Below, in pieces: positions 7,651-16,132 of a stretch of 64,000 bases of DNA (positions are counted from its first letter, which is position 1; every line of letters begins with the position of its first letter). Where the stretch lies: contig JBMORT010000006.1 in assembly GCA_049319825.1 (NCBI GenBank), positions 16,012-80,011 on the forward strand, in the 5' to 3' direction. The position numbers and the translations under genes are program-made. A model generated the notes under the pieces. It saw only the letters and a list, made by a program, of their open reading frames with translations. It was not told where the DNA came from and searched no databases. The stretch is from Patescibacteria group bacterium (GTDB lineage: Bacteria; Patescibacteriota; Patescibacteriia; UBA11705; DATKZF01).

Positions 7651-8733
7651 CTATGTTGTCAGAAACACGCAGTCTTCCGCCATTGCGGAAACATCCTCGA
7701 TGGAAAACGGCGGATTATAAAAATGAATAATGGCGCCGCTCGGATGCCTGAACGGGGGTCTTTCGGCATTTCGAATTTTTTCAGATAACTTTTGAAAGAG
7801 AGAGTCCAGCCCCCCGACGCGGCTGTCGTTGTGAACCAGGTTAATGGCAATGTCAGTTTCATAAGGATTGTCATGGTTTTTATAGCTGATGACGATCAAA
7901 TGAACCGCCGGCTGATCCGCGTCATCTTCGTAGAAGTTTCGTTTGACATGATGACGCGTTTCATCGTGATTATACGGACAGTTTGGAATGATAATCATGC
8001 GCACGCCATGCAGGGTCGTTTGAAATCGAGCGGATTTTTGTTCGCGAAAGTATTGAGCGAATTCATTGGCTTTGATTTCATCTCTCAGCAGGGATTCGAT
8101 ATTTAGCAGATTATGGCGCATCACCGCTTCGTCGTCGCCGGGCAGATTATGAATCACTTTGCTCAGCAGGTCCAAGCCGCCGCGATCGATAATGACCGTC
8201 AGCGGCACGTTGATTGTGCCATCGCGAAATGCTTTTCGCAGAACCTCAGCGTTGCCTCTTCTGAGTTTGGCCGTCGATTCATCCTCGGCGCCGATGGCGC
8301 TGGCCGAATCGCGGAAGATGGCCAATCTGAGCAGTCGGCGGTAGATTTGGCGATCGGGCGGAATGAACCTTTCGCCGCCCCAAAAATGCTTGACGACCAC
8401 TTCGGCCGCGCATGAGTAAGTCAGATCCCGATGGTGGTCGAAATGGCCATTCAGCGGATCGGTTTGGCCGCCGGTGTCGACATGAAAAATTTTCAATGTG
8501 CCATCAACCAAACCGCGTCGGATTCTTTCTTGTCGTTCCGCGCAACTGTCGGAATCAACATTGTATGCGTCTCCCTTGGGCACAAAAATAAATTCGATTC
8601 GCGGATCATTGATTTCCAGACCCAAACCTTTGATCAATAGATAGCAGGAAATGACATTGTCATCATCGAGATTGCGATGTGTGACAATGATAATCGTTAA
8701 TAAACCTGCTAAGCGGCTGTTTTCCTCGGTCAT
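7651..8733 (-). CDS. DHH/MYG1-like phosphoesterase (putative nuclease)
   Basis: VTH..LDDD, VDTGG and FDHH motifs; AAGGAG SD; TTGACA-17-TATGCT promoter at 8766-8794. Confidence 0.65.
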   Translation of the reverse strand: MTEENSRLAGLLTIIIVTHRNLDDDNVISCYLLIKGLGLEINDPRIEFIFVPKGDAYNVDSDSCAERQERIRRGLVDGTLKIFHVDTGGQTDPLNGHFDHHRDLTYSCAAEVVVKHFWGGERFIPPDRQIYRRLLRLAIFRDSASAIGAEDESTAKLRRGNAEVLRKAFRDGTINVPLTVIIDRGGLDLLSKVIHNLPGDDEAVMRHNLLNIESLLRDEIKANEFAQYFREQKSARFQTTLHGVRMIIIPNCPYNHDETRHHVKRNFYEDDADQPAVHLIVISYKNHDNPYETDIAINLVHNDSRVGGLDSLFQKLSEKIRNAERPPFRHPSGAIIHFYNPPFSIEDVSAMAEDCVFLTT

Positions 8734-8858
8734 CTGCTGCTCCTTTTTAGTCAGGGTTGCGTATCAGCATACTATTTTTAACATTGTTTGTCAATATTTG
8801 TTCCGTCCGACGCAGATTGGTTGATTTTACGAACGAATTATGCTAAATTTAGTTTAAT

Positions 8859-10184
8859 ATGAATGATCAATCAAGAAAACTTGAACTGCTTTCTCCAGCC
8901 GGAAATTTGGAAAAATTAAAAACCGCGTTCGCCTTTGGCGCGGACGCGGTTTATTGCGGCGTCCCGGATTTTTCGCTCCGGGTTCGAATCAATGAATTTG
9001 ATTTGAATAGTCTGAAAGAAGGAATTGAATATGCGCACGGCCTGGGCAAGAAAGTTTATATCACGGTCAATATATTCGCCCACAATTTTCATCTGCCTGA
9101 GATTGAAAAATATTTGCTTGAACTTAAAAAGATAAACCCGGATGCCCTGATTGTATCCGATCCCGGAGTCTTGGCTTTGATTAAAGAAACATGGCCGGAC
9201 GTGGAAATTCATTTGAGCACGCAGGCCAACTGCACCAATTGGCGGGCGGCCAAGTTCTGGTTTGATCATGGAATAAAAAGAATCATCCTTGGGCGCGAAG
9301 TTACTTTGGATCAGATCAAACAAATTCACGAAAAGGTTCCCCAAGTTGAATTGGAATGTTTCGTTCACGGAGCCATGTGCGTGTCGTATTCGGGCCGGTG
9401 CCTTTTGTCAAAATATTATATGGACAAAAGCGCGAATCTGGGAGACTGCGTGCAGCCGTGCCGCTGGAAATATGAGATAGGCAATAGGCCAGCCTGCGCC
9501 GAGGCTTCGGCTGGCAGGCAGGTGGGCAATGGTATTTTTGTTGAAGAAGTCAAGCGGCCCGGAGAATTGCTGGAGATGGATGAAGATGAGCACGGGACAT
9601 ATGTAATGAATTCCAAGGATTTATGTTTGCTTGAATATTTAAAAGAATTGGCTGATGCCGGAGTTTCTGGTTTTAAGATCGAAGGCCGGGCGAAGAGCGT
9701 TTATTATGTGGCCAATACTGCAAAAGTATATCGACAAGCAATTGACATGATTGATGATTGGGATGAAATTAAAGTTCAGGAATTAAAGAATGAATTAAAG
9801 AAAAATATTAATCGAGGATTCACGACCGGGTTTTTGTTTGGCAGAGATAATGCGGAGCAAAGGTATGAAAGCGGGCATGAGGCTTGCGAGTGGGAGTTCG
9901 TTGGAACAATTATAGGCAGTCGGCAAGAGGCGGCCTGCCTGACCGGCAGGCAGGTGGGCAATAGTGTAGCGGTGAGAGTGCACAATTGTTTGAGAGTCGG
10001 AGACGAAGTGGAATTGGTGGTGCCGGTTGGGGAAAATTTTACAATGAAGATAAGTGAGATGTTTGATGCCCGGACCGGCGAAGCCTTGAGCGAAGCTCAT
10101 GGCGGGCAAGATAAAGAAATTTTAATTCTAATTGAAAATCAATTGCCGGAATTTACAGTGTTGAGAAAAAAAGTTACAATCTAA
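8859..10184 (+). CDS. U32 family protein (TrhP/YegQ-like tRNA hydroxylation protein)
   Basis: ELLSPAG, HLSTQ, HGAMCVSYSGRC, CVQPCRW, MNSKDL, KIEGR motifs. Confidence 0.9.
   Translation: MNDQSRKLELLSPAGNLEKLKTAFAFGADAVYCGVPDFSLRVRINEFDLNSLKEGIEYAHGLGKKVYITVNIFAHNFHLPEIEKYLLELKKINPDALIVSDPGVLALIKETWPDVEIHLSTQANCTNWRAAKFWFDHGIKRIILGREVTLDQIKQIHEKVPQVELECFVHGAMCVSYSGRCLLSKYYMDKSANLGDCVQPCRWKYEIGNRPACAEASAGRQVGNGIFVEEVKRPGELLEMDEDEHGTYVMNSKDLCLLEYLKELADAGVSGFKIEGRAKSVYYVANTAKVYRQAIDMIDDWDEIKVQELKNELKKNINRGFTTGFLFGRDNAEQRYESGHEACEWEFVGTIIGSRQEAACLTGRQVGNSVAVRVHNCLRVGDEVELVVPVGENFTMKISEMFDARTGEALSEAHGGQDKEILILIENQLPEFTVLRKKVTI
9489..9522. repeat. REP-like palindrome inserted in frame in the U32 gene
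   Basis: CCAGCCTGCGCCGAGGCTTCGGCTGGCAGGCAGG, encoding PACAEASAGRQ. Confidence 0.75.
9934..9954. repeat. REP-like palindrome inserted in frame in the U32 gene
   Basis: CCTGCCTGACCGGCAGGCAGG (21 nt), encoding ACLTGRQ. Confidence 0.75.
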
Positions 10185-10193
10185 TAAACCAAT

Positions 10194-10772
10194 ATGTTAA
10201 GCTTCATTCGCGGGACAATTAAAAATAAAGGCGAAAACTTCGTGATTTTAGAGAGAAATGACCTCGGTTATAAGATTTTCATCAATAAAAAACTGCTGGC
10301 AGACTTGAATTCAGGCGACCCGGCGGAATTTTATCTTTTCGAAAATATCAGAGAAGACGCTGATGATCTTTTCGGATTTTTGACTTTCGAAGAGCTCGGA
10401 CTTTTTGAAAAATTGATTTCGGTCAATGGCGTGGGCCCGAAAACCGCGCTCAATGTTTTTGCCGCGTACTCAGTGCCGCAAATTTTATCCGCCATTGCCA
10501 ATGGCCGGGCTGAGGTTTTCGATGAAGTTCCCGGTTTGGGCAAAAAAACCGCTGAGAGGATTGTTTTGGAATTAAAAAATAAAATTGAATATTTGGAAGG
10601 AGTGACGCCGGCTGAAGCGGGGCCGATTAATAATGATACTATTGAAGCGCTAATGACTTTGGGATACAGCAAGCAGCAGGCGCGCGAGGCGCTGAGCCAA
10701 GTTTCGAAAGACATAAAGGATTCGGGGGAGCAATTAAAGGCGGCGTTGAAGATATTAGGCGGTAGGCAGTAG
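10194..10772 (+). CDS. ruvA: Holliday junction branch migration protein RuvA
   Basis: OB-fold N-terminus, HhH motifs VNGVGPKTA and VPGLGKKTAERIVLELK, ALMTLGY. Confidence 0.95.
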   Translation: MLSFIRGTIKNKGENFVILERNDLGYKIFINKKLLADLNSGDPAEFYLFENIREDADDLFGFLTFEELGLFEKLISVNGVGPKTALNVFAAYSVPQILSAIANGRAEVFDEVPGLGKKTAERIVLELKNKIEYLEGVTPAEAGPINNDTIEALMTLGYSKQQAREALSQVSKDIKDSGEQLKAALKILGGRQ

Positions 10773-10906
10773 GGAGGAGGCAGTAGTATTATCGGAAGCT
10801 GGAAGTTGGGTTTGGGTGTGGAGGCTGGGTCGCTGGCGAATTTCGATAATAGGATTTTTTTAACTAAAAGCAGTATTATCAAAGAGATTTTTAAATTATC
10901 AATTTT

Positions 10907-11998
10907 ATGGTTGTCGCTGAATCAGCTGACATAGTTTCCTGGGAGGGTTTTAACCAGACTCTAAAGTCGGGTTCGCTTTTGCAATCCTGGAATTGGGGCG
11001 AATTTCAGAAAGAGAGGCAGCAAAAGATTTGGCGGCTGGAAGTTAAAGACGGCGAAAAGACTTTGGCGCAGATGTTTTTTTGGCAGCATCGGTATCTGAT
11101 CGGCCAGAATGGGCTTTATTGCCCGCGCGGGCCGGTGGTGACCGATGAGATTTTAAATGATCAAGAAAAATTAGCCGAGGTTTTGAAATTGCTTTTTGAT
11201 CGCGTCCGCCAAATAGCCAAAGAAAACAAAGCTTTGCTTTTTAGAATCGATCCCAATGTGATAATTGACCTTGGAAATGCGGCTGATAAGGATTTTTGGC
11301 GAAAAAATCTGGCAGTGGATGAAGAAAAAATTTGGCCGGATATTTTTGAAAAACAAGGTTTGAAAAAATCAAAGCGCGAAGTCCAGCCCGCGCATACCAT
11401 CATGCTCGATATTTCAAAGTCGGAAGAAGAATTGCTGGCTGATATGAATCAAAAGACCAGATATAACATCAGGCTGGCTGAGAAAAGGGGAGTCGAGATT
11501 ATTGAATCAAATGACGCCAAAGCCTTTTTCGAATTGCTCAAGCAAACCACTTCCCGCCAAAAGTTCGGCGCTTATCCGCTCAAGTATTTTGAAGATATTT
11601 TAAAATTTGATTTTTCGAAATTGTATTTGGCCAAGTACGCAGGCAAATTCATTGCCGGAATTTTGTGCGTGTATTATGGAAAGGTGGCCACATATCTTTT
11701 CGGCGCGTCCTCGGATGAGTATCGAAACGTCATGGCCCCGCATCTTTTGCAGTGGCGCGCGATCCTGGACGCGAAAAAAGCGGGATTTGATATTTATGAT
11801 TTTTGGGGAGCCGCGCCCGCGGAGTCGAAGGTCAAGCAAGAGCAGTCTTGGCAGGGCATTACCAGATTCAAGCAGGGCTTTAATCCGCTCCAGCCGATAT
11901 TTCAGTATTTGGGCTGTTATGAGATGGTTTTCCGGCCAGTAATGCTGAGAATTTGGGATTTGGGTTACAAGATGTACAAGATTTTGCGTACGAGATAG
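10907..11998 (+). CDS. FemABX-family peptidoglycan bridge aminoacyltransferase
   Basis: LQSWNWG, YCPRGP, KTRYNIRLAEKRGV, YDFWG, GITRFKQGF. Confidence 0.9.
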   Translation: MVVAESADIVSWEGFNQTLKSGSLLQSWNWGEFQKERQQKIWRLEVKDGEKTLAQMFFWQHRYLIGQNGLYCPRGPVVTDEILNDQEKLAEVLKLLFDRVRQIAKENKALLFRIDPNVIIDLGNAADKDFWRKNLAVDEEKIWPDIFEKQGLKKSKREVQPAHTIMLDISKSEEELLADMNQKTRYNIRLAEKRGVEIIESNDAKAFFELLKQTTSRQKFGAYPLKYFEDILKFDFSKLYLAKYAGKFIAGILCVYYGKVATYLFGASSDEYRNVMAPHLLQWRAILDAKKAGFDIYDFWGAAPAESKVKQEQSWQGITRFKQGFNPLQPIFQYLGCYEMVFRPVMLRIWDLGYKMYKILRTR

Positions 11999-12132
11999 TA
12001 CCAGATAAAAGATGAACTATTTTTGGGTTACAAGATGTACAAGATTTGTCATACGAGATAGTACCAGATAAAAGATGAACTATTTTTGGGTTACAAGATG
12101 TACAAGATTTGTCATACGAGATAGTACCAGAT
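11959..12132 (+). repeat. 63-bp tandem repeat (about 2.7 copies) overlapping the femABX 3' end
   Basis: Unit TTTGGGTTACAAGATGTACAAGATTT..CCAGATAAAAGATGAACTATT at 11959, 12022 and 12085. Confidence 0.9.
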
Positions 12133-12304
12133 ATTAATGAATCTACAAGATTAACCAGATCATTGTGCGAGATGATACAAGACATATTTAAGGATTTTGA
12201 TAATTTATACATCGTATCATCTGTTTCTTGTAAACCTTAGAATAATCAATTCCAATCTCGTAATATCTTGTATAGTAAATCTTGTAATCTTGTAAATTCA
12301 ATTT

Positions 12305-12403
12305 ATGAAAAATTACTCCCGCAAAACAAATAAAAGACAAACCCGCTACCGCACTCCCAGCCGAGTAAAATCATACAGCTATCAAGATCACCGTAAACGG
12401 TGA
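12305..12403 (+). CDS. Possible small basic peptide (32 aa)
   Basis: MKNYSRKTNKRQTRYRTPSRVKSYSYQDHRKR; stop codon inside a terminator hairpin ATCACCG-TAAA-CGGTGAT followed by a T run. Confidence 0.3.
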   Translation: MKNYSRKTNKRQTRYRTPSRVKSYSYQDHRKR

Positions 12404-12605
12404 TTTTTTGTCATTGATTTTGATATATTGTTTATTTTATCCCCATTTTTTTTTGACAAAAAATGATTATTCTTGTATTTCGTGGTATAATTTTATTATC
12501 AAGAAAATCTTTGTGGATAATTTTTTTATATATCAATTAAGTGAGGAAATGCTGCTAGGTCCAACTATCGAGTGATATTTTTGTTTATAAAACCGACTTT
12601 GGATT

Positions 12606-13544
12606 ATGACATTGAATTCGAAGAAATTTAAATTCATTTTTGTAGTTGGGATCTGTTTTTTGGTAATTCTTTTCAATCAGTCGGTTTTTGCCATGCAAAG
12701 CAGCAATTACATTATCAATTGGGATTCGATCAATGCCGGCGGCAACGATAATTCCCAATCGGCAAATTACAAAGTTAGAGATACCTTGGGACAGCTCGGT
12801 CCGGGAAAAAGTGACAGCGCCAGTTATACGCTGCATGCCGGCTACCGGGTGCCTTTTGATGAGCCGCAAATTCTTTCTTTTTCGGTTAATGCGCAAAACG
12901 ATAACACCGAGGTTGCTTACAGCGCTTTCAGTTCGGCTAGCTTTACGGCAACCGTGGCCGATGCCAGCGGCTACGCTGCTGGCGATTACATCGCGGTCGT
13001 GGAAAATGTCGGGCCGAATCAAATGGTCGCCTCCGGCAGAATAATCGATGTCAGCGGCACCGTGCTGACGGTGGACAAATGGTCCGGTGATCAAGGATCA
13101 ATGAACGGCAGTCCGAGCGGCGGGGATGATTTCGTTTATAAACTGAATACACGATACATATCGCTGGATAAGCTGACCAGCGCGGCGGTCTCGACCGGCG
13201 TGGCCATGGCCGAGGTAACGACCAACGCTGTTAACGGCTATACCGTATACATTAAGGAAAATTACAATTTGCGATTAAACGGCGGACCGCGCGATATTGA
13301 CGACGTCCTTGATTCCGCGGTGACGGCGGGCAGTGAAGAGTATGGCATCGAAACTACGGGCGATCATGCCCAGGGAGCAAATGATTTTGCCATTACCGGC
13401 GTTGAGCAAGCGGTTTCCAGCCATACCGGCCAAGCGGCGCTGGAGCGGGTTAATATAATTTATAAAGCATCAATCAGCGCGACGCAAACCGCAGGCGGCG
13501 AGTATAGCCATACCACCAGCTATTACGCTATCGCGAATTTTTGA
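12606..13544 (+). CDS. Secreted beta-rich surface protein, WxL/pilin-like C-terminus
   Basis: Signal peptide; ends GEYSHTTSYYAIANF. Confidence 0.7.
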   Translation: MTLNSKKFKFIFVVGICFLVILFNQSVFAMQSSNYIINWDSINAGGNDNSQSANYKVRDTLGQLGPGKSDSASYTLHAGYRVPFDEPQILSFSVNAQNDNTEVAYSAFSSASFTATVADASGYAAGDYIAVVENVGPNQMVASGRIIDVSGTVLTVDKWSGDQGSMNGSPSGGDDFVYKLNTRYISLDKLTSAAVSTGVAMAEVTTNAVNGYTVYIKENYNLRLNGGPRDIDDVLDSAVTAGSEEYGIETTGDHAQGANDFAITGVEQAVSSHTGQAALERVNIIYKASISATQTAGGEYSHTTSYYAIANF

Positions 13545-13895
13545 TGGGGGAGGATGTTATTTGGAAATTTGAAAATAGAAATTTGAAACGGAGGAAACTG
13601 AAAGATGAAATGAGAAGCTGAAGATTAGAAATTTGGTAATGGAAGATAATCGTCTGCGAAAATTTAATAAAATTAAATGCTATAAATTTCGATGTTATGG
13701 ATATGCTGATAGATGAGAAAATCGTATCTATCCGCGTGTTCGTAACCAATTTGTTCTTTGTTAAAATAAACAGCTAATTTATTCATAAATTAAAGGTCGA
13801 AGCTGTCAAACAAAATTCGGTTTCGAAACCGACTGGTCAGTCCCCGCTTGTCGTGGACTGATAAGTTAGAGAATTAAAAATTATTAATTAAAACT

Positions 13896-14975
13896 ATGTA
13901 CAGAAAAAGTATAATAATGTTGATTGTGGCATTGATTTTCAGCATGTCATATGTTGTTGTTTCTCCGACTGTAGCCAATGCTTCACACGGCGTGACAATG
14001 TATGCTGATCTCGTCGCCGACGGCGGCACCAATAACCCGTCTACCGTCACCACTCGACCGGAAATAGCCGCCAGCGCCACGGATGAAGTGTTCTTTGGTT
14101 ATGTAGCCGAGGATGAATCAGCCACCAATGAAACTGTGGAATTGACATTCCCGACCGGCTGGACAATCGCCACCAATTGCGCGACTCCGACCACCGATGC
14201 TGATGGCGATACCACCGCTGATGGCGCCGGCGTTGTCGCTGGTAACGTGTATACATACACTTTCACCACTTTGACGACAGCCGCTTCCACCACCGGTCTT
14301 GAATTCTGCGTCGTGGTTACCGCTCCGGCAACCGCAACTAATGCGCCAGTCTATTTGGACAGCATGGCGACCGGTGAAGCTGAATTTGGCGCCACCCTGC
14401 TTTACATTGAGGATGCCAATGACGTCAATGTCACCGCGTCCGTGGAAATCACTTTGGTCTTCGAAATTAGAGAAGGCGATGACACTGGCCTGATCAATTA
14501 CTGCTCTCTGGGCACATTGACCGGCTCCAGCGTAGCTACCTGCGATTATCGGTTGCACGTTGAAACCACCGCCAGCTCCGGTTATAACATCAGATTTAAA
14601 ACCGACGGTGATTTGAGAAAATCCGGCTCCGGCGATGTCGCCGATCCGGAGAACATCGACCGCATCACCGACGGCCTTGGTACTATCACCACCGCCAGCG
14701 CTGAGTCGTATGGCGTGGCGGTAACCGGCGGCAACTGCACCTATAATTCTGCCGCGGGCACTGAGGCGGGCATCTATACTACTGACGACTCTCCGTTGCC
14801 GGCGTTCGCGACAGGTGAAACCGCGCTATTTTCTTGCGGCGGTCCGAATATCCCGACTTATGCTGGTGATACCACCAACACGGTATTGATGGAGCATCGC
14901 GCCAAATCTGATGATGGTACCGGTTCCGGCACTTATCAGCAGATTGTCACCTACTACGTTATCGCTAATTTTTAA
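13896..14975 (+). CDS. Secreted Thr-rich surface protein, C-terminal domain paralogous to 12606-13544
   Basis: Signal peptide; ends GTYQQIVTYYVIANF. Confidence 0.7.
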   Translation: MYRKSIIMLIVALIFSMSYVVVSPTVANASHGVTMYADLVADGGTNNPSTVTTRPEIAASATDEVFFGYVAEDESATNETVELTFPTGWTIATNCATPTTDADGDTTADGAGVVAGNVYTYTFTTLTTAASTTGLEFCVVVTAPATATNAPVYLDSMATGEAEFGATLLYIEDANDVNVTASVEITLVFEIREGDDTGLINYCSLGTLTGSSVATCDYRLHVETTASSGYNIRFKTDGDLRKSGSGDVADPENIDRITDGLGTITTASAESYGVAVTGGNCTYNSAAGTEAGIYTTDDSPLPAFATGETALFSCGGPNIPTYAGDTTNTVLMEHRAKSDDGTGSGTYQQIVTYYVIANF

Positions 14976-15111
14976 AGTTAGCTTTGGTCCCGAATCCATT
15001 CGGGGCCAGCCGGTAATTTTAAAGATTAAAGATGAATATTGAATATAAAAATGAAGGATTAGACTAACAATTACATATTTGGAGGGAGATTATTATTAAT
15101 AAAAAATTGTT

Positions 15112-16062
15112 ATGAAAACATTGAAAGTATTTTTGGTAATACTTTTATCGGTAATGTTTATGTCGCCCGGTTTGGGCCAGGCGCTGACCGTCATACCGCC
15201 GGTGCTGGACAGCATTGATGCTGAACCCGGAAAAACCTATCAGGGATCTTATGAGTTGTTTAATGAAACGGATGTAGCGCAAACCTATTATTTTAAGGCT
15301 CACAATTTCGTGGCCCGAGGCGAAGAGGGGGAATCGGATTTGCTCACGGATGAGGATCAACAAATCGGCTTAGCTTCATGGGTTAAATTAGACGAACCGC
15401 AGCTCGTATTGGTCGGGGGAGATAGAAAAAAAGTCAATTTTAAAATAGATGTTCCGGCCGACGCTGAGCCGGGAGGCCATTACGCGGCGATTTTCGCCAC
15501 CACCCAGCCGCCGTCAGAAGACGTTGGTTTGGGTGAAAATACCGGAGTGCTCTTACTGGTGACCGTCCCCGGCGACATTCGAGAGAACGCGGAGCTGGTT
15601 GAATTTTCGTTGGCCAGCGGAAAAAAGGTTTATAACCGGCCGCCGGTCGAGTTTTTAATCAGAATAAAAAATAATGGAAATGTTCATTTCAAGCCGTTAG
15701 GCGATATCAGCATCAGCGGCTGGGCCGGGGAAAAGGTTAAAGTTGATGCCAATCCCAAGCGGGGAAACGTCCTGCCAAAGAGCATCCGGGCACTTCATCC
15801 CGTATGGGCCGGTCCGGCTGAGCGCGGCGGATTCATGCAGGAATTGAAGAATGAATGGCATAATTTCGCCTTCGGCCGATATAACGCACACCTGGAAATG
15901 GAATGGGGCTCTAATAATGAAAAGTTCATCGGCAATGTGGCGTTTTGGGTTTTCCCGTGGCGGGTGATGTTGGTCGGGTTGATTATTTTGGTTTTATTGA
16001 TTTTATTGATTAGAGGATACAATAAAGCGATTATTAAGAAAGCGCAAAAGCAAAATAAATAG
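15112..16062 (+). CDS. DUF916/DUF3324-like (WxL-interacting-type) membrane-anchored protein
   Basis: Signal peptide, LASWV, VPADAEPGGHYAAIF, KNNGNVH, C-terminal TM helix with basic tail. Confidence 0.7.
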   Translation: MKTLKVFLVILLSVMFMSPGLGQALTVIPPVLDSIDAEPGKTYQGSYELFNETDVAQTYYFKAHNFVARGEEGESDLLTDEDQQIGLASWVKLDEPQLVLVGGDRKKVNFKIDVPADAEPGGHYAAIFATTQPPSEDVGLGENTGVLLLVTVPGDIRENAELVEFSLASGKKVYNRPPVEFLIRIKNNGNVHFKPLGDISISGWAGEKVKVDANPKRGNVLPKSIRALHPVWAGPAERGGFMQELKNEWHNFAFGRYNAHLEMEWGSNNEKFIGNVAFWVFPWRVMLVGLIILVLLILLIRGYNKAIIKKAQKQNK

Positions 16063-16075
16063 TTGATTGGTTATG

Positions 16076-16101
16076 GCTGACCGCCAGGGGTGGCGGTCAG
16101 C
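16076..16101. terminator. GC-rich hairpin
   Basis: GCTGACCGCCA-GGGG-TGGCGGTCAGC. Confidence 0.5.
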
Positions 16102-16132
16102 AATAAAAAATTAATTATTAGGAGAATCTAGC

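Noticed and set aside
11959-12132. CRISPR array, and the ORF 11880-12212
   Set aside because: Head-to-tail tandem repeat without spacers; the minus ORF is a by-product of the 63-bp period
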